The notes: generated by a model from the letters alone, not told the origin. DNA of 64,000 nucleotides from OCS116 cluster bacterium AG-430-B22 (GCA_003209955.1 QCOD01000006.1:15167-79166), one strand, 5' to 3'; positions 1-13,577 are shown, counted from the first letter of the stretch. Translations and numbers: made by a program.

Positions 1-1
1 A

Positions 2-3000
2 GTTTTAGATATCTTTAATCAGAATAAAGCAACACAACAATTCGATCACATAAGAATTGGGATAGCAAGTCCTGAAAAAATATTATCTTGGTCATATGGT
101 GAAATCAAAAAACCTGAAACTATAAATTATAGAACCTTTAAACCAGAAAGAGATGGTCTTTTTTGCGCAAGAATTTTTGGTCCTGTAAAAGATTACGAAT
201 GTTTATGCGGTAAATACAAGAGAATGAAGTTTAAAGGTATTGTATGCGAAAAATGTGGCGTCGAGGTTACTTTATCAAAAGTTAGAAGAGAAAGAATGGG
301 TCACATAGAGTTGGCTTCTCCAGTCGCTCATATTTGGTTCTTAAAATCATTACCTAGTAGAATTGGTTTGATACTGGATATGATGCTTAAAGACCTTGAA
401 AAAGTGTTATATTTTGAAAGTTTTATTGTGTTAGACCCTGGGCTAACTCCACTTGATAAACTTCAATTATTAACTGAAGATGAGTTTATAGACGCACAAA
501 ATGAATATGGTGCTGATAATTTTAAAGTTGGTATAGGTGCAGAAGCAATTAGACTTCTTCTAGAAGAACTTGATTTGGATGAATTAAGTGAATCAATTAG
601 GGCAGAAATAAAAGAAACTACCAGCGAACTAAAACCAAAAAAATTAGCAAAAAGATTAAAAGTTATTGAAGCATTTAAGGTATCTGGTAATAAGCCTGAG
701 TGGATGATTTTAAAGGTTATACCTGTTATTCCGCCAGAACTTAGACCGCTTGTACCATTAGATGGAGGTAGATTTGCTACATCTGATTTAAATGATTTAT
801 ACAGAAGAGTAATTAACAGAAATAATAGATTACGAAGATTAATGGATTTAAGAGCTCCTGATATAATTATTAGAAATGAAAAACGAATGCTTCAAGAATC
901 CGTAGACGCTTTATTTGATAATGGAAGAAGGGGAAGAGTAATAACTGGCTCTAATAAAAGACCACTTAAATCTCTATCTGATATGTTGAAGGGTAAACAA
1001 GGTAGATTTAGACAAAATTTATTAGGTAAAAGAGTTGATTATTCTGGAAGATCCGTAATTGTTGTGGGACCAGAATTAAAACTGCATCAATGTGGATTAC
1101 CAAAGAAATTAGCTTTAGAGCTTTTTAAACCTTTTATATATTCAAGACTTGAGTCTCTAGGGATTTCATCAACTGTTAAACAAGCAAAGAGAATGGTTGA
1201 GAAACAAACAACAGAAGTTTGGGATATTTTAGAAGAAGTGATAAGAGAGCATCCAGTTTTATTAAATAGAGCACCAACATTACATAGGCTAGGTATACAG
1301 GCATTTGAACCACTTCTTATTGAAGGAAAGGCGATACAACTTCATCCTTTAGTATGTGCTGCATTTAATGCTGATTTTGATGGCGATCAAATGGCTGTTC
1401 ATGTACCCCTATCTTTAGAAGCTCAGCTTGAAGCAAGAGTTCTAATGATGTCTACAAACAATATTTTACATCCTGCGAACGGCGACCCAATTATTGTTCC
1501 AAGCCAAGACATTATTTTAGGATTGTATTATTTATCTCAAATGAAACAAAATGAGCCTGGAGAAGGAAGACATTTTGATAATGTTAATGAAATTGAATTC
1601 GCATTAGAAAATAAAACCATTACTCTTCATACAAAAATAACCTTTAGATTTAATACTGAAGAAGGCTATAAAAAATATGAAACAACTCCAGGAAGAGTAT
1701 TAATTTCAAAGGAGTTGCCTGATGATGAGAATATTTCATTTGAAATTGTTAATAAACTTTTAACAAAGAAAGAAATTTCTAGAATGATTGATGATGTTTA
1801 CAGGCATTGTGGTCAAAAGCAAACTGTTATTTTTTGTGATCATATAATGAAATTAGGTTTTAGACATGCATGTAATGCTGGTATATCTTTTGGAAAAGAC
1901 GATATGATAATTCCTGAGGAGAAAGAAAACTTAATCAATGAAACAAACGAATTGGTTAAAGAGTTTGAGCAGCAATATATTGACGGTTTTATAACTAGAG
2001 GTGAAAAGTATAATAAAGTTGTTGATGCATGGGCAAAATGTACTGATAAAGTTGAGGATAAAATGATGAGTAAAATTTCTTCTTCTCAAATAAACAAAGA
2101 CTCAGAGAGAGAAGATCCAATTAACTCTATTTATATGATGGCTCATTCTGGCGCTAGAGGTTCAGCAGCTCAAATGAAGCAATTATCCGGTATGCGTGGA
2201 CTTATGGCTAAACCTTCAGGTGAAATTATAGAGACACCCATAATTTCGAACTTTAAAGAAGGTCTGAATGTGCTTGAATATTTTAACTCTACTCATGGTG
2301 CTAGAAAAGGTCTTGCTGATACGGCTTTAAAAACTGCTAACTCTGGATATTTAACAAGAAGACTTGTTGATGTTGCTCAAGACTGTATAGTAGTTGAACA
2401 TGATTGTGGAACTTCTGAAGGCTTGATTCTTAAACCAGTCATTGAATCTGGCGAAGAAATGGTATCTCTCTCAGATAGAGTTTTAGGAAGAGTTCCTTGC
2501 GAGGATGTTATTGATCCAGCAACAAATGAAATAATAGTTAAAAAAGGGGATATAATTGAAGAAAAACATTTATCTGCCATTGATAAATCTAATCTTTTAG
2601 AAATAAAAATACGATCAGTTTTAACTTGTGAAACAAAAAATGGTGTTTGTGCAAAATGTTATGGACGTGATTTAGCAAGAGGCACTGCTGTTAATATTGG
2701 TGAAGCTGTTGGAGTTATTGCAGCCCAGTCTATTGGTGAGCCAGGTACACAATTAACTATGAGAACTTTCCATATTGGCGGTACAGCTCAGGTAATGGAT
2801 CAATCTTATGTCGAGTCGTCTGTTAATGGTAAAATAGAAATTAATGACCTAAATATGCTGGAAGACTCTGAAAAAAGAAAAATTATCATTGGAAGGACTA
2901 CAAGTGTTTCAGTTATTGATGAATTTGGTAATGAAAGATCAAAACATAAACTAACTTATGGTAGTGAGTTACTTGTTGAAAAAGGACAAGATATTAAAAA

Positions 3001-4147
3001 AGGCGATAGATTAGCTCAATGGGACCCTTATACAATTCCAATTATAACTGAATCTTCTGGTGTTATCGAATTTGAGGATCTGACTGAGGGCGTTAGCTTG
3101 AGTGAAGTTTCAGATGAATCAACAGGTATTAAACAAAAAGTTGTAGTTGATTGGAAAAATTCTTCAAAATCAGCATCTTTAAAACCTTCAATACTTGTTA
3201 AGGATGAAAAAGGAAATATTGTCACCAATAATACTGGAAGAGAAGCAAGATACCTTATGTCTGTAGATGCAATTATTTCTGCTAATGATGGTTCAAAAGT
3301 TAATGCTGGAGATGTTATTGCAAGAATTCCTACTGAAGGAGCTAAAACAAGAGATATTACAGGTGGTCTTCCTAGAGTAGCAGAATTATTTGAAGCAAGA
3401 AAACCAAAAGACCATGCTGTAATTGCTGAGGTTACTGGAGCTGTTGAATTTGCAAGAGACTATAAAAATAAAAGAAGGATTGTTATACATCCAACTAATG
3501 AAGATGAAAATGAAGCAAGTTATTTAATACCTAAGGGTAAGCATATATCAGTTCAAGATGGAGATATTATCGAAAAAGGTGATTATCTAATTGATGGAAA
3601 TCCTGCTCCTCATGATATTTTATCAATTCTTGGTCTTGAGGCATTAGCAAGCTATCTAGTAGATGAAGTTCAAAATGTATATCGACTTCAGGGTGTAACA
3701 ATTAATGATAAACATATTGAGGTTATTACTAGGCAAATGCTTCAAAAAGTTGAGGTATTAGAATCTGGTGATAGTTCTTATTTAGAGGGTGAACAGCTTG
3801 ATAAAATGGAAGTTGAGGAAGTGAATGAAAAGCTTTTGAAAGAAAAAAAAGAGCCAGTAAGTTATAAACCATTGCTTTTAGGCATAACTAAGGCATCTCT
3901 TCATACAAGGTCATTTATCTCTGCGGCATCCTTCCAAGAGACAACAAGAGTTTTAACAGATGCTGCTGTGAATCGTAAATCTGATCACTTAATTGGTTTA
4001 AAAGAAAATGTTATTGTTGGAAGACTAATTCCTGCTGGTACCGGAAGTTCAATTAGAAGGATTGAAACTGAAGCTGGATCAAGAGATCAGGAGCTAATTG
4101 ACCAAAGACAAGAAAGTTCAGAATTAATAGAAGAAGAGGCCTCCTAA
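2..4147 (+). CDS. rpoC: RNA polymerase beta' subunit (5' end outside window)
   Basis: Frame is open from base 2 (VLDIFNQ...[33 protein letters not shown]), upstream of the listed ATG at 224; NADFDGD catalytic motif. Confidence 0.99.
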   Translation, partial: VLDIFNQNKATQQFDHIRIGIASPEKILSWSYGEIKKPETINYRTFKPERDGLFCARIFGPVKDYECLCGKYKRMKFKGIVCEKCGVEVTLSKVRRERMGHIELASPVAHIWFLKSLPSRIGLILDMMLKDLEKVLYFESFIVLDPGLTPLDKLQLLTEDEFIDAQNEYGADNFKVGIGAEAIRLLLEELDLDELSESIRAEIKETTSELKPKKLAKRLKVIEAFKVSGNKPEWMILKVIPVIPPELRPLVPLDGGRFATSDLNDLYRRVINRNNRLRRLMDLRAPDIIIRNEKRMLQESVDALFDNGRRGRVITGSNKRPLKSLSDMLKGKQGRFRQNLLGKRVDYSGRSVIVVGPELKLHQCGLPKKLALELFKPFIYSRLESLGISSTVKQAKRMVEKQTTEVWDILEEVIREHPVLLNRAPTLHRLGIQAFEPLLIEGKAIQLHPLVCAAFNADFDGDQMAVHVPLSLEAQLEARVLMMSTNNILHPANGDPIIVPSQDIILGLYYLSQMKQNEPGEGRHFDNVNEIEFALENKTITLHTKITFRFNTEEGYKKYETTPGRVLISKELPDDENISFEIVNKLLTKKEISRMIDDVYRHCGQKQTVIFCDHIMKLGFRHACNAGISFGKDDMIIPEEKENLINETNELVKEFEQQYIDGFITRGEKYNKVVDAWAKCTDKVEDKMMSKISSSQINKDSEREDPINSIYMMAHSGARGSAAQMKQLSGMRGLMAKPSGEIIETPIISNFKEGLNVLEYFNSTHGARKGLADTALKTANSGYLTRRLVDVAQDCIVVEHDCGTSEGLILKPVIESGEEMVSLSDRVLGRVPCEDVIDPATNEIIVKKGDIIEEKHLSAIDKSNLLEIKIRSVLTCETKNGVCAKCYGRDLARGTAVNIGEAVGVIAAQSIGEPGTQLTMRTFHIGGTAQVMDQSYVESSVNGKIEINDLNMLEDSEKRKIIIGRTTSVSVIDEFGNERSKHKLTYGSELLVEKGQDIKKGDRLAQWDPYTIPIITESSGVIEFEDLTEGVSLSEVSDESTGIKQKVVVDWKNSSKSASLKPSILVKDEKGNIVTNNTGREARYLMSVDAIISANDGSKVNAGDVIARIPTEGAKTRDITGGLPRVAELFEARKPKDHAVIAEVTGAVEFARDYKNKRRIVIHPTNEDENEASYLIPKGKHISVQDGDIIEKGDYLIDGNPAPHDILSILGLEALASYLVDEVQNVYRLQGVTINDKHIEVITRQMLQKVEVLESGDSSYLEGEQLDKMEVEEVNEKLLKEKKEPVSYKPLLLGITKASLHTRSFISAASFQETTRVLTDAAVNRKSDHLIGLKENVIVGRLIPAGTGSSIRRIETEAGSRDQELIDQRQESSELIEEEAS

Positions 4148-4162
4148 AAATTTATTTTTTTG

Positions 4163-4191
4163 TTGACTGATTAATAAAGTAAAGCTACTAA
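4163..4191 (+). promoter_or_regulatory. sigma70-type promoter for the str operon
   Basis: TTGACT (4163-4168), 17 nt, then TACTAA (4186-4191) preceded by GC, resembling the alphaproteobacterial GCTANA -10. Confidence 0.6.
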
Positions 4192-4201
4192 AGCACTGCT
4201 T

Positions 4202-4275
4202 ATGGCAGGTCGTAGGTTTCCTAAACACTGTCGCCATTCGCTTATAATTTGTTAATTATATCCAATAATGGATAT
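4202..4275 (+). ncRNA. candidate structured rpsL 5' leader
   Basis: GC-rich interrupted hairpin ATGGCAG..TAGG-TTT-CCTA..CTG-TC-GCCAT (4202-4237) and hairpin ATATCCA-ATAA-TGGATAT (4258-4275) just before the SD. Confidence 0.45.
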
Positions 4276-4287
4276 TAAGGATTTGTT

Positions 4288-4659
4288 ATGCCAACTATTA
4301 ATCAATTAGTTCGTAAAAGAAGAGCTAAAATTGAAAAATTGAATAAAGTTCCAGCTATGGAGTCGTGTCCTCAAAAAAGAGGCGTTTGCACAAGGGTTTA
4401 CACGACTACACCAAAAAAACCAAACTCTGCATTAAGAAAAGTAGCTAGAGTAAGATTATCTAATGGTTATGAGGTTACAAGTTATATTCCTGGTGAAGGA
4501 CATAATTTACAAGAGCATTCAGTTGTTCTTATACGTGGCGGAAGAGTAAAAGATCTTCCTGGTGTTCGATATCATATATTACGAGGTGTTTTAGATACAC
4601 AAGGTGTTGCTGATCGAAAACAAAGAAGATCTAAATACGGAACAAAAAGACCTAAATAA
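4288..4659 (+). CDS. rpsL: 30S ribosomal protein S12
   Basis: [21 protein letters not shown]. Confidence 0.99.
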   Translation: MPTINQLVRKRRAKIEKLNKVPAMESCPQKRGVCTRVYTTTPKKPNSALRKVARVRLSNGYEVTSYIPGEGHNLQEHSVVLIRGGRVKDLPGVRYHILRGVLDTQGVADRKQRRSKYGTKRPK

Positions 4660-4679
4660 TGATCTTGGAGAAGGAATAG

Positions 4680-5150
<471 letters not shown>

Positions 5151-5162
5151 AAGAGGTTAGCT

Positions 5163-7238
5163 ATGAGTCGTTCAACACCATTAAATGATTATAGAAACAT
5201 AGGAATTATGGCTCACATAGACGCCGGAAAAACAACAACAACTGAACGCATTCTCTATTATACCGGTAAAAGTTATAAAATTGGTGAAGTTCATGATGGT
5301 GCCGCAACTATGGACTGGATGGAACAGGAGCAGGAGAGAGGTATTACAATAACTTCTGCAGCTACGACATGTTATTGGAAAGATAAAAGAATAAATATTA
5401 TTGATACACCAGGTCATGTTGATTTTACTATTGAAGTCGAAAGGTCTCTGAGGGTTCTCGACGGGGCTGTAGCTGTTTTTGATTCAGTTGCAGGTGTTGA
5501 GCCACAATCTGAAACTGTATGGAGACAAGCAAACAAATATAGCGTTCCAAGAATGTGTTTTGTAAATAAAATGGATAGAATTGGAGCTGATTTTTATCGA
5601 TGCGTTGAAATGATTGAAGATAGATTAGGCTCTAACCCACTAGTAATACAACTTCCAATAGGTGCTGAAAGCAATTATGAAGGATTAATTGATCTGCTTG
5701 CTATGAAAGAAATTATCTGGAAAGAAGAAAGCCTGGGAGCTGAATTTGAATATAAAGATATCAGAGATGAACTCAAAGAAGAAGCTGAGAAATATAGAAC
5801 TACATTGGTAGAAATGGTAGTTGAACAAGATGATGATCTGATGGAACAATACCTTGAAGGAAATGAACCTACTGAGGAATCTCTTAAAAAATGTATTCGT
5901 CTTGGTGTTTTGAATCAATCATTTGTTCCTGTATTAAATGGTACTGCGTTTAAAAATAAAGGTGTTCAACCTCTATTGGATGCTGTTGTTGATTTTATGC
6001 CTTCTCCTACTGATGTTGAAGCTATAAAAGGCATTAATCCAGATTCTGAAGAGGAAATTATAAGAAAATCTTCTGATGAAGAACCATTATCACTTTTGGC
6101 TTTTAAAGTTATGAATGATTCTTTTGTTGGTAATCTAACTTTTGCTAGAATTTATTCAGGGGTTATTAAGTCTGGTGAAACACTTATTAACACTGTTAAG
6201 GGTAAAAAGGAAAGAATTGGTAGAATGCTTCTTATGCACGCTAATTCTAGAGAAGAAATTAAAGAAGCATATGCTGGTGATATTGTTGCTTTAGTTGGTT
6301 TAAAAGATACCACTACTGGCGATACTTTATGCCATGCTGAAGATCAAGTGATACTAGAAAGAATGGAGTTTCCTGATCCGGTGATAGAGGTAGCTGTAGA
6401 ACCTAAAACAAAAGCAGACCAAGAAAAAATGGGTATTGCATTACAAAGATTAGCTAAAGAAGATCCATCATTCAGGGTTTCTTCAGATGATGAATCTGGA
6501 CAAACAGTAATAAGTGGTATGGGCGAACTTCATTTAGATATTCTTGTTGATCGCATGAAAAGAGAATTTAAAGTAGAAGCAAATGTTGGCGCTCCTCAAG
6601 TTGCATACAGAGAAACATTATCAAAGGAAGCTGAAATTGACTATACTCATAAGAAACAATCTGGAGGAGCTGGACAATTTGCTAGATTAAAAATTGTAGT
6701 AAGTCCAGTTGAACCTGGTGAAGGTTACACTTTTGAAAGTGAGATTGTTGGTGGAAATATTCCGAAAGAATATATTCCGGGTGTTTCTAAAGGTATAGAA
6801 AGTATAAAAGAAACTGGTGCATTGGCTGGGTTCCCTATTATTGATTTTAAAGTTAGATTAATTGATGGTGCATATCATGATGTTGACTCAAGTGTAATGG
6901 CATTTGAAATAGCTGCTCGTGCTGCATTCAGAGAAGTTTGTAAAGATGCTGGAATAAAATTATTAGAACCAATTATGAGCGTTGAAGTAGTTACTCCAGA
7001 AGAGTATCTAGGTGATATTATTGGTGATTTAAATAGTAGGAGAGGCCAAGTTTCAGGAACTGAAACTAGAGGTCCTTCAACCGTAATAAATAGTATGGTT
7101 CCATTAGCTAATATGTTTGGCTATGTAAATAATTTAAGATCAATGTCTCAAGGTAGAGCAGTTTTTACAATGCAATTTGACCATTATGAAGAAGTTCCAA
7201 AAGCTGTATCAGAAGAAATTATCTCACAATTAGCTTAA
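5163..7238 (+). CDS. fusA: elongation factor G
   Basis: [25 protein letters not shown]; 691 aa. Confidence 0.99.
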   Translation: MSRSTPLNDYRNIGIMAHIDAGKTTTTERILYYTGKSYKIGEVHDGAATMDWMEQEQERGITITSAATTCYWKDKRINIIDTPGHVDFTIEVERSLRVLDGAVAVFDSVAGVEPQSETVWRQANKYSVPRMCFVNKMDRIGADFYRCVEMIEDRLGSNPLVIQLPIGAESNYEGLIDLLAMKEIIWKEESLGAEFEYKDIRDELKEEAEKYRTTLVEMVVEQDDDLMEQYLEGNEPTEESLKKCIRLGVLNQSFVPVLNGTAFKNKGVQPLLDAVVDFMPSPTDVEAIKGINPDSEEEIIRKSSDEEPLSLLAFKVMNDSFVGNLTFARIYSGVIKSGETLINTVKGKKERIGRMLLMHANSREEIKEAYAGDIVALVGLKDTTTGDTLCHAEDQVILERMEFPDPVIEVAVEPKTKADQEKMGIALQRLAKEDPSFRVSSDDESGQTVISGMGELHLDILVDRMKREFKVEANVGAPQVAYRETLSKEAEIDYTHKKQSGGAGQFARLKIVVSPVEPGEGYTFESEIVGGNIPKEYIPGVSKGIESIKETGALAGFPIIDFKVRLIDGAYHDVDSSVMAFEIAARAAFREVCKDAGIKLLEPIMSVEVVTPEEYLGDIIGDLNSRRGQVSGTETRGPSTVINSMVPLANMFGYVNNLRSMSQGRAVFTMQFDHYEEVPKAVSEEIISQLA

Positions 7239-7252
7239 AAACAGAGGGTAAC

Positions 7253-7561
7253 GTGAAAGAACAAAATATACGAATAAGACTGAAAGCATATGACCATAGA
7301 GTTCTTGATACTTCAGCTAAAGAAATTTTAGAGACAGCAAAAAGAACTGGAGCTGATGTAGTAGGCCCTATTCCATTACCAACTAGAATAGAAAAATTTA
7401 CAGTTCTTAGAAGTCCGCATATTGATAAGAAAAGCCGTGAACAATTTGAAATTAGGACTCACAAGAGACTTATGGACATTATTGATCCCACACCTCAAAC
7501 AGTTGATGCTCTAATGAAGTTAGATTTGGCTGCTGGCGTTGATGTTGAGATAAAATTATAG
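7253..7561 (+). CDS. rpsJ: 30S ribosomal protein S10
   Basis: [27 protein letters not shown]; GTG start. Confidence 0.99.
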   Translation: MKEQNIRIRLKAYDHRVLDTSAKEILETAKRTGADVVGPIPLPTRIEKFTVLRSPHIDKKSREQFEIRTHKRLMDIIDPTPQTVDALMKLDLAAGVDVEIKL

Positions 7562-7570
7562 GTTTTAGTT

Positions 7571-8371
7571 ATGAGAACAGGTTTAATCTGTAAAAAATTA
7601 GGAATGAGTAGAATATTTGATTCAAACGGATCGCATATTCCAGTAACTGTTCTTCACCTTGATAATTGTCATGTTATTTCATCTATAACTGAAGAAAAAA
7701 ATGGTTATTCTGCTTTACAGATTGGTGTAGGTAAAATTAAAGATAAAAAATTATCTAAATCCATGAAAGGCCATTTTAAAAAAAATAAGGTTGAACCTAA
7801 ACTAAAGCTCTCTGAATTTAGAGTTTCACCTGAAAACCTAATAGATAACGGTACTGAAATTGTTGCATCTCATTTTGTAAATGGCCAATTTGTTGATGCA
7901 ACTGGAACATCGATAGGCAAAGGATTTGCTGGCGCTATGAAGAGACATAATTTTGGTGGTCTTCGTGCATCTCATGGTGTTTCTATTAGTCATAGGAGCC
8001 ATGGTTCAACTGGTCAATGCCAAGATCCTGGTAAAGTTTTTAAAGGAAAAAAAATGGCAGGCCACATGGGTTCATCCACTGTAACAACTCAAAATCTTGA
8101 AATAATTAAAACTGATTCAGAAAATGGTTTTATTTTCGTAAAAGGATCAGTCCCTGGATCAAAAGGTGGTTGGGTTATTTTAAATGATGCAAAAAAAATT
8201 CCTTTAAGAGAAGACTTACCTTTGCCTGCTGGTGTCAAAGGTCATGATATAATTGAAGAAGCTCCAGCAGAAGAAGCTCCAGCAGAAGAAGCTCCAGCAG
8301 AAGAAGCTCCAGAAGAAGAAGCTCCAGAAGAAGAAGCTCCAGCAGATAAAGAGGTTAAAGATGAAAGTTAA
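7571..8371 (+). CDS. rplC: 50S ribosomal protein L3 with acidic repeat tail
   Basis: [30 protein letters not shown]. Confidence 0.99.
   Translation: MRTGLICKKLGMSRIFDSNGSHIPVTVLHLDNCHVISSITEEKNGYSALQIGVGKIKDKKLSKSMKGHFKKNKVEPKLKLSEFRVSPENLIDNGTEIVASHFVNGQFVDATGTSIGKGFAGAMKRHNFGGLRASHGVSISHRSHGSTGQCQDPGKVFKGKKMAGHMGSSTVTTQNLEIIKTDSENGFIFVKGSVPGSKGGWVILNDAKKIPLREDLPLPAGVKGHDIIEEAPAEEAPAEEAPAEEAPEEEAPEEEAPADKEVKDES
8255..8344 (+). repeat. 6 x 15-bp tandem repeat GAAGAAGCTCCAG(C/A)A encoding EEAP(A/E)
   Basis: Read directly: 3 copies ending GCA, 2 ending GAA, 1 ending GCA. Confidence 0.97.
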
Positions 8372-8981
8372 TCTTATTAATATTGAAACTGAAAAAACAA
8401 CCTCGGAAGATCTACAAGATGAATTTTTTGGACTTGATCCAAGAAAAGATATTTTACACAGAGTTGTAACTTGGCAATTATCAAAAAGAAGATTAGGCAC
8501 AAGAAAAACTAAAAGTAGAGGAGAGATTACTGGAAGCACTAAAAAGATTATGCGCCAAAAAGGTTCTGGTGGTGCAAGACATAGAACTAAGAAAGTTAAT
8601 CTTTTTAGAGGTGGGGGTACAGCCTTTGGCCCAAAAGTAAGAGATCATTCCACTAAATTACCTAAGAAAATTAGAAAATTAGGATTAAGACATGCTTTGT
8701 CAGCAAAGGCTAAAAATAATGAGCTAATTCTTGTTGATGGAAATTTTTCTGATCTGTCCAAAACTAAGTCTATAAAAGACAAGATAGAAAAACTTGATTT
8801 AAAGAATTCTTTGATTGTTAATAACTTTGATAGTGATAATCCTTTTGTTAAGGCTGCAAAAAACATTAAAAATATTGAATTCCTTAAAGTTGATGGAATT
8901 AATGTTTACGATATTCTCAATAATCAAAAACTTATTATTACTAAGGACTCTTTAAACAATATTGTGGAGAGATGCCAATGA
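8361..8981 (+). CDS. rplD: 50S ribosomal protein L4
   Basis: [19 protein letters not shown]; true start ATG 8361 after SD GAGGT (the 8253 extension is the L3 repeat read in another frame). Confidence 0.97.
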   Translation: MKVNLINIETEKTTSEDLQDEFFGLDPRKDILHRVVTWQLSKRRLGTRKTKSRGEITGSTKKIMRQKGSGGARHRTKKVNLFRGGGTAFGPKVRDHSTKLPKKIRKLGLRHALSAKAKNNELILVDGNFSDLSKTKSIKDKIEKLDLKNSLIVNNFDSDNPFVKAAKNIKNIEFLKVDGINVYDILNNQKLIITKDSLNNIVERCQ

Positions 8982-9268
8982 GTTTAAGTAATTATGATAT
9001 TTTATTAAGTCCTGTAGTTACTGAAAAATCAACTCTATTATCAGAGTCAAATAAAGTTGTTTTCAAAGTAGCTATTAAATCAAATAAAAAACAAATTAAA
9101 AAGAGCGTTGAAGAAATTTTTAAAGTTAAGGTGAAATCTATAAATACTCTTAGAAGAAAAGGAAAAACTACAAACTTTAGAAATATTAAAGGTAAACGAA
9201 AAGATTTTAAACACGCAATTATAACTTTAGAGGAAGGTCAGACCATTGATACGATGGGTTCTGTTTAA
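8978..9268 (+). CDS. rplW: 50S ribosomal protein L23
   Basis: PVVTEKS, KHAIITL; ATGA overlap with the rplD stop. Confidence 0.96.
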   Translation: MSLSNYDILLSPVVTEKSTLLSESNKVVFKVAIKSNKKQIKKSVEEIFKVKVKSINTLRRKGKTTNFRNIKGKRKDFKHAIITLEEGQTIDTMGSV

Positions 9269-9274
9269 TCGATT

Positions 9275-10111
9275 ATGGCATTAAAGCAATATAAACCGAC
9301 AAGTCCAGGGCAAAGAGGTCTAGTTTTAGTAGACAAATCTTCTTTATCAAAAGATAGGCCAATCAAAAAACTTACTGAAGGTTTACCCTCTAAATCTGGT
9401 AGAAATAATAATGGAAGAATTACATCAAGAAGACGTGGTGGTGGACACAAAAGATTATATAGAAAAATCGATTTTAAAAGAGATAAAATTGATTCAGTTG
9501 GAATTGTAGAAAAACTCGAATACGATCCTAATAGAACTGCTTTTATAGCTCTTATTAAGTATGAGGATGAGTATAGATATATTATTGCTCCTCAAAGATT
9601 ATCAGTTGGTGATAAAGTTTCATCAGGACCTAACTCAGATATAAAACCTGGAAATGCCTTGCCTATGACTAAGATTCCTATAGGCACAATTATTCATAAT
9701 ATTGAAATGAAACCTGGTAAAGGAGGTCAGTTAATTAGATCTGCAGGAACATTTGCTCAATTAGTTGGTAGAGACCAAGGTATGGCAATTATTAGACTTA
9801 CTTCTGGTGAACAAAGACTAATACCTGCGGAATGTTATGCAACAATTGGAGCTGTTTCAAATCCAGATAATTCTAACCAAAAATTAGCTAAAGCTGGTAG
9901 AAACAGATGGAAAGGCAAAAGGCCTTCAGTAAGAGGAGTTGTAATGAACCCAGTTGACCACCCTCATGGTGGTGGCGAAGGTAAAACATCTGGTGGGCGT
10001 CATCCTGTAACACCATGGGGCGTTCCTACTAAAGGTAAAAAGACAAGATCAAATAAGAGTTCTGATAAATATATAGTTAGAAGCAGACACCAAAGAAGAA
10101 AGAGAAAATAG
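9275..10111 (+). CDS. rplB: 50S ribosomal protein L2
   Basis: [19 protein letters not shown]. Confidence 0.99.
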   Translation: MALKQYKPTSPGQRGLVLVDKSSLSKDRPIKKLTEGLPSKSGRNNNGRITSRRRGGGHKRLYRKIDFKRDKIDSVGIVEKLEYDPNRTAFIALIKYEDEYRYIIAPQRLSVGDKVSSGPNSDIKPGNALPMTKIPIGTIIHNIEMKPGKGGQLIRSAGTFAQLVGRDQGMAIIRLTSGEQRLIPAECYATIGAVSNPDNSNQKLAKAGRNRWKGKRPSVRGVVMNPVDHPHGGGEGKTSGGRHPVTPWGVPTKGKKTRSNKSSDKYIVRSRHQRRKRK

Positions 10112-10113
10112 TT

Positions 10114-10392
10114 ATGGCTAGATCAGTATCAAAAGGACCGTTTGTAGAAAGTTATGTACTAAAAAAGGCTGAGGCTGCAAGAGAGTCTGGAAGAAAAGAC
10201 ATTATAAAAATTTGGAGTAGACGATCAACTATTCTTCCTCAATTTGTTGGTTTAAATTTTGGAGTTCACAATGGACAAAAATTTATACCAGTTTTAATAA
10301 CTGAAGATATGGTTGGTCACAAGTTTGGTGAATTTGCGCCAACTAGAACTTATTATGGACATACTGCTGATAAATCAGTAAAGAGAACTTAA
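10114..10392 (+). CDS. rpsS: 30S ribosomal protein S19
   Basis: [20 protein letters not shown]. Confidence 0.99.
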   Translation: MARSVSKGPFVESYVLKKAEAARESGRKDIIKIWSRRSTILPQFVGLNFGVHNGQKFIPVLITEDMVGHKFGEFAPTRTYYGHTADKSVKRT

Positions 10393-10773
10393 ATGAATAA
10401 AAGAGCAAAAGAAATAAGTAAGCCATCATCAAAAGCTATAGGTAAAATGATAAGAATTAGCCCTTACAAACTTAATCTTGAAGCTAAATCTATAAGAGGA
10501 AAAAAGGTTGGAGATGCTCTTTCTTACTTAGAATTCTCAAAAAAAAGAATATCAAATACTGTTAAGAATACATTAGAAAGTGCTATAGCAAATGCAGAAA
10601 ATAATCATGCTCTCGATATTGATAAATTGTATGTAGATGAAGCTTTTGTTGGTAAAAATATGGTTATGAAAAGGTTTAGAGCTAGAGCCAGGGGTAGGGC
10701 AGCTAAAATATTAAAACCATTTAGCCAGCTTACTATAGTTTTAAAAGAACAAAATATTGAGGAAACAAAATAA
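10393..10773 (+). CDS. rplV: 50S ribosomal protein L22
   Basis: [17 protein letters not shown]. Confidence 0.98.
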   Translation: MNKRAKEISKPSSKAIGKMIRISPYKLNLEAKSIRGKKVGDALSYLEFSKKRISNTVKNTLESAIANAENNHALDIDKLYVDEAFVGKNMVMKRFRARARGRAAKILKPFSQLTIVLKEQNIEETK

Positions 10774-11465
10774 TGGGTCAAAAAGTTAATCCTATAAGTA
10801 TGAGGTTAGGCATCAATAGAACATGGGATTCTACTTGGTATGCCGGAAAAAATGAATATTCAATTCTTTTAAAGGAAGATTTGAATATGAGAAAAATGAT
10901 CTTTAGAGATTTAAAGAACGCCGCAATATCAAGAGTTGTAATTGAAAGACCACATAAAAAATGCTTAGTAACTATTCATTCAGGTAGACCAGGTCTTATT
11001 ATTGGTAAAAAGGGATCTGAAATAGAAAACTTAAGGAAAAAACTTCAAAATTTAACTTTATCTGATGTTGTTGTTAATATAGTTGAAGTTAGAAAACCAG
11101 AAATTAATGCTACATTGGTAGCCGAAAATATTGCTCAACAATTAGAAAGACGTGTAGGTTTTAGAAAAGCCATGAAAAGATCTGTTCAATCAGCTATGAG
11201 GTTGGGAGCAAAAGGAATTAGAATTAATTGCGGCGGAAGACTTGGCGGTGCAGAAATTGCAAGAACTGAATGGTATAGAGAAGGAAGAGTTCCTCTTCAT
11301 ACTTTAAGGTCAGATGTAGATTATGGTGTTGCTTCTGCTCATACAACTTATGGTATTTGTGGAATTAAGGTTTGGATTTATCTTGGTGATATTATGGAAC
11401 ATAATCCATTTGCAAAAGATAAAAAATCTGAAGATAAAGCTCTTGAACAAGGAAAAGGATTATAG
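10773..11465 (+). CDS. rpsC: 30S ribosomal protein S3
   Basis: [28 protein letters not shown]. Confidence 0.99.
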   Translation: MGQKVNPISMRLGINRTWDSTWYAGKNEYSILLKEDLNMRKMIFRDLKNAAISRVVIERPHKKCLVTIHSGRPGLIIGKKGSEIENLRKKLQNLTLSDVVVNIVEVRKPEINATLVAENIAQQLERRVGFRKAMKRSVQSAMRLGAKGIRINCGGRLGGAEIARTEWYREGRVPLHTLRSDVDYGVASAHTTYGICGIKVWIYLGDIMEHNPFAKDKKSEDKALEQGKGL

Positions 11466-11470
11466 TTTAA

Positions 11471-11893
11471 ATGCTGCAACCAAAAAAGACAAAATATAGA
11501 AAAGCCCACAAAGGTAGAATTAGAGGTAAAGCGAAAGGCGGTACTACTCTTAACTTCGGTTCTTATGGTTTAAAAGCAATCACAGCTGAAAGAGTAACAT
11601 CTCGACAAATTGAAGCTGCAAGAAGAGCAATAACAAGACATATGAAAAGAGCAGGTAAAGTTTGGATTAGAATTTTTCCTGATGTTCCTGTTTCAAAAAA
11701 ACCTACTGAAGTAAGAATGGGTAAGGGTAAAGGAACCCCAGAATACTGGGCAGCTAGAGTTAAACCAGGTAGAGTGATGTTTGAAATTGATGGTGTTCCA
11801 TATGATATAGCTCATACAGCACTAAATCTTGGTTCTTCAAAACTACCACTCAAAACAAAAATAATTATGAGGCCTGGTGAAGGAATTAAATAA
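11471..11893 (+). CDS. rplP: 50S ribosomal protein L16
   Basis: [17 protein letters not shown]. Confidence 0.99.
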   Translation: MLQPKKTKYRKAHKGRIRGKAKGGTTLNFGSYGLKAITAERVTSRQIEAARRAITRHMKRAGKVWIRIFPDVPVSKKPTEVRMGKGKGTPEYWAARVKPGRVMFEIDGVPYDIAHTALNLGSSKLPLKTKIIMRPGEGIK

Positions 11894-12108
11894 TGGCAAA
11901 AAAGAAAAAAGAAATAAGTGATATGAGTAAAGATCAACTAGTAGACCATATAGAGGTTTTAAAAAAGGAATTATTTAATCTCAAAATTGAAATTATGTCT
12001 GGTCAAAATAACAATACCTCAAATATTTCTAAAATTAAGAAAGATATAGCTAGAGCTAAAACTTTTATAAATATTCAAAGTAAAGAAGTGGAGTCATCAA
12101 ATGCCTAA
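11893..12108 (+). CDS. rpmC: 50S ribosomal protein L29
   Basis: [19 protein letters not shown]; position between rplP and rpsQ. Confidence 0.93.
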   Translation: MAKKKKEISDMSKDQLVDHIEVLKKELFNLKIEIMSGQNNNTSNISKIKKDIARAKTFINIQSKEVESSNA

Positions 12109-12331
12109 AAGAATTCTTAAAGGAATAGTCATTAGTGATAAAGCAGATAAGACACTTACTGTTGAAGTAGAGAGAAGATTTTCTGATCCATTTTTCAAAA
12201 AAACTGTTAGAAGCTCAAAAAAATATAAAACACATGATGAGAATAATAAATTTAAAGTTGGAGATATAGTCAGGATTCAGGAATGCCGTCCAATTTCTAA
12301 AACAAAAACTTGGACAGTATTAGAGGATTAG
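12101..12331 (+). CDS. rpsQ: 30S ribosomal protein S17
   Basis: [16 protein letters not shown]. Confidence 0.98.
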   Translation: MPKRILKGIVISDKADKTLTVEVERRFSDPFFKKTVRSSKKYKTHDENNKFKVGDIVRIQECRPISKTKTWTVLED

Positions 12332-12347
12332 TATTAAGGAATAAACA

Positions 12348-12716
12348 ATGATTCAAATGCAATCAAAATTAGATGTAGCTGATAATTCAGGAGCAAAGCT
12401 TGTGCAATGTATTAAAGTTCTAGGTGGGTCTAAGAGACGTACTGCTGGTGTAGGTGATATTATTGTTGTTTCAGTAAAAGAAGCTATTCCTAGAGGTAGA
12501 GTAAAAAAAGGTGAAGTTCTCAAGGCTGTTATTGTAAGAACAAAAAAAGAAGTAAGAAGGCAGGATGGAAGCGCAATACGCTTTGATACCAATGCTGCCG
12601 TCCTGGTTAATGCTCAAGGGGAACCAATTGGCACAAGAATTTTTGGCCCGGTAACAAGAGAGTTACGAGCTAAGAATCTTATGAAAATTGTTTCTTTAGC
12701 TCCGGAGGTAATATAA
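12348..12716 (+). CDS. rplN: 50S ribosomal protein L14
   Basis: [16 protein letters not shown]. Confidence 0.99.
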   Translation: MIQMQSKLDVADNSGAKLVQCIKVLGGSKRRTAGVGDIIVVSVKEAIPRGRVKKGEVLKAVIVRTKKEVRRQDGSAIRFDTNAAVLVNAQGEPIGTRIFGPVTRELRAKNLMKIVSLAPEVI

Positions 12717-13030
12717 TGCCTGCAAAATTAAAAAAAGGAGATAAAGTTTTTATCTTAGCTGGAAAGGATAAAGGTAAAGAGGGAGAAATTGTTCAAATTC
12801 TTGGCCCAGATAAAGCTATTGTTCAAGGTATTAATCTTGTAAAAAAACATAAAAAACCTTCTCAGGAAGATGAAGGAGGTATTGTTGATCAAGAAAAACC
12901 CATTAACAAATCTAATTTAATGCTGATAGATCCAAAAAGTAAAAAACCAACTAAAATAGGTTTTAAAAAAAATAAAAAAGGCGTAACTGTAAGGTTTTCT
13001 AAGAAATCAGGAGAATTTATCAATGACTAA
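12716..13030 (+). CDS. rplX: 50S ribosomal protein L24
   Basis: [21 protein letters not shown] motif. Confidence 0.98.
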   Translation: MPAKLKKGDKVFILAGKDKGKEGEIVQILGPDKAIVQGINLVKKHKKPSQEDEGGIVDQEKPINKSNLMLIDPKSKKPTKIGFKKNKKGVTVRFSKKSGEFIND

Positions 13031-13577
13031 AATTGAAATTCCAAGATTACAAAAGCTTTATAAAGATAAATTTTCAAATGAATTGAAAAATGCTTTTGAG
13101 TATCAAAACCCATTTGAAATACCAAAGATTAAAAAGGTAGTTTTGAATATGGGCATTGGTGAAAATGTTAGTGATAGTAAAAAAATTAACTCTGCTTTTG
13201 AAGCTTTAGAATTAATTTCTGGTCAAAAGCCTATTAAAACTATCGCAAAAAAAGCTATAGCTGGATTTAAATTAAGAGAGGGCTTGCCTGTAGGTGTTAA
13301 AGTTACTTTGAGAAAGAAAATTATGTATGAGTTTATAGATAGATTAATAAATATTGCTTTACCAAGGGTCAGAGATTTTAGAGGTTTAAATAGTAAGAGT
13401 TTTGATGGAAATGGAAATTATGCTTTCGGCATAAAAGAACACATAATTTTTCCTGAAATACATTATGAGTCAGTTACTGATATATGGGGAATGGATGTTA
13501 TTGTTTCTACATCTGCTAATACTGATGAAGAAGCTTTAGCGTTATTAAAGGGTTTTAACTTTCCTTTTGGAAACTAA
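13023..13577 (+). CDS. rplE: 50S ribosomal protein L5
   Basis: [16 protein letters not shown]. Confidence 0.99.
   Translation: MTKIEIPRLQKLYKDKFSNELKNAFEYQNPFEIPKIKKVVLNMGIGENVSDSKKINSAFEALELISGQKPIKTIAKKAIAGFKLREGLPVGVKVTLRKKIMYEFIDRLINIALPRVRDFRGLNSKSFDGNGNYAFGIKEHIIFPEIHYESVTDIWGMDVIVSTSANTDEEALALLKGFNFPFGN

Noticed and set aside
8255-8344. Repeat as a possible CRISPR array
   Set aside because: Tandem units without spacers, in frame within a CDS, no cas genes
8216-8539. Minus-strand 107-aa ORF with WSFFC repeats, and the KKLQQ extension of rplD from 8253
   Set aside because: Both are alternative readings of the 15-bp repeat in rplC; rplD has a proper SD and ATG at 8361
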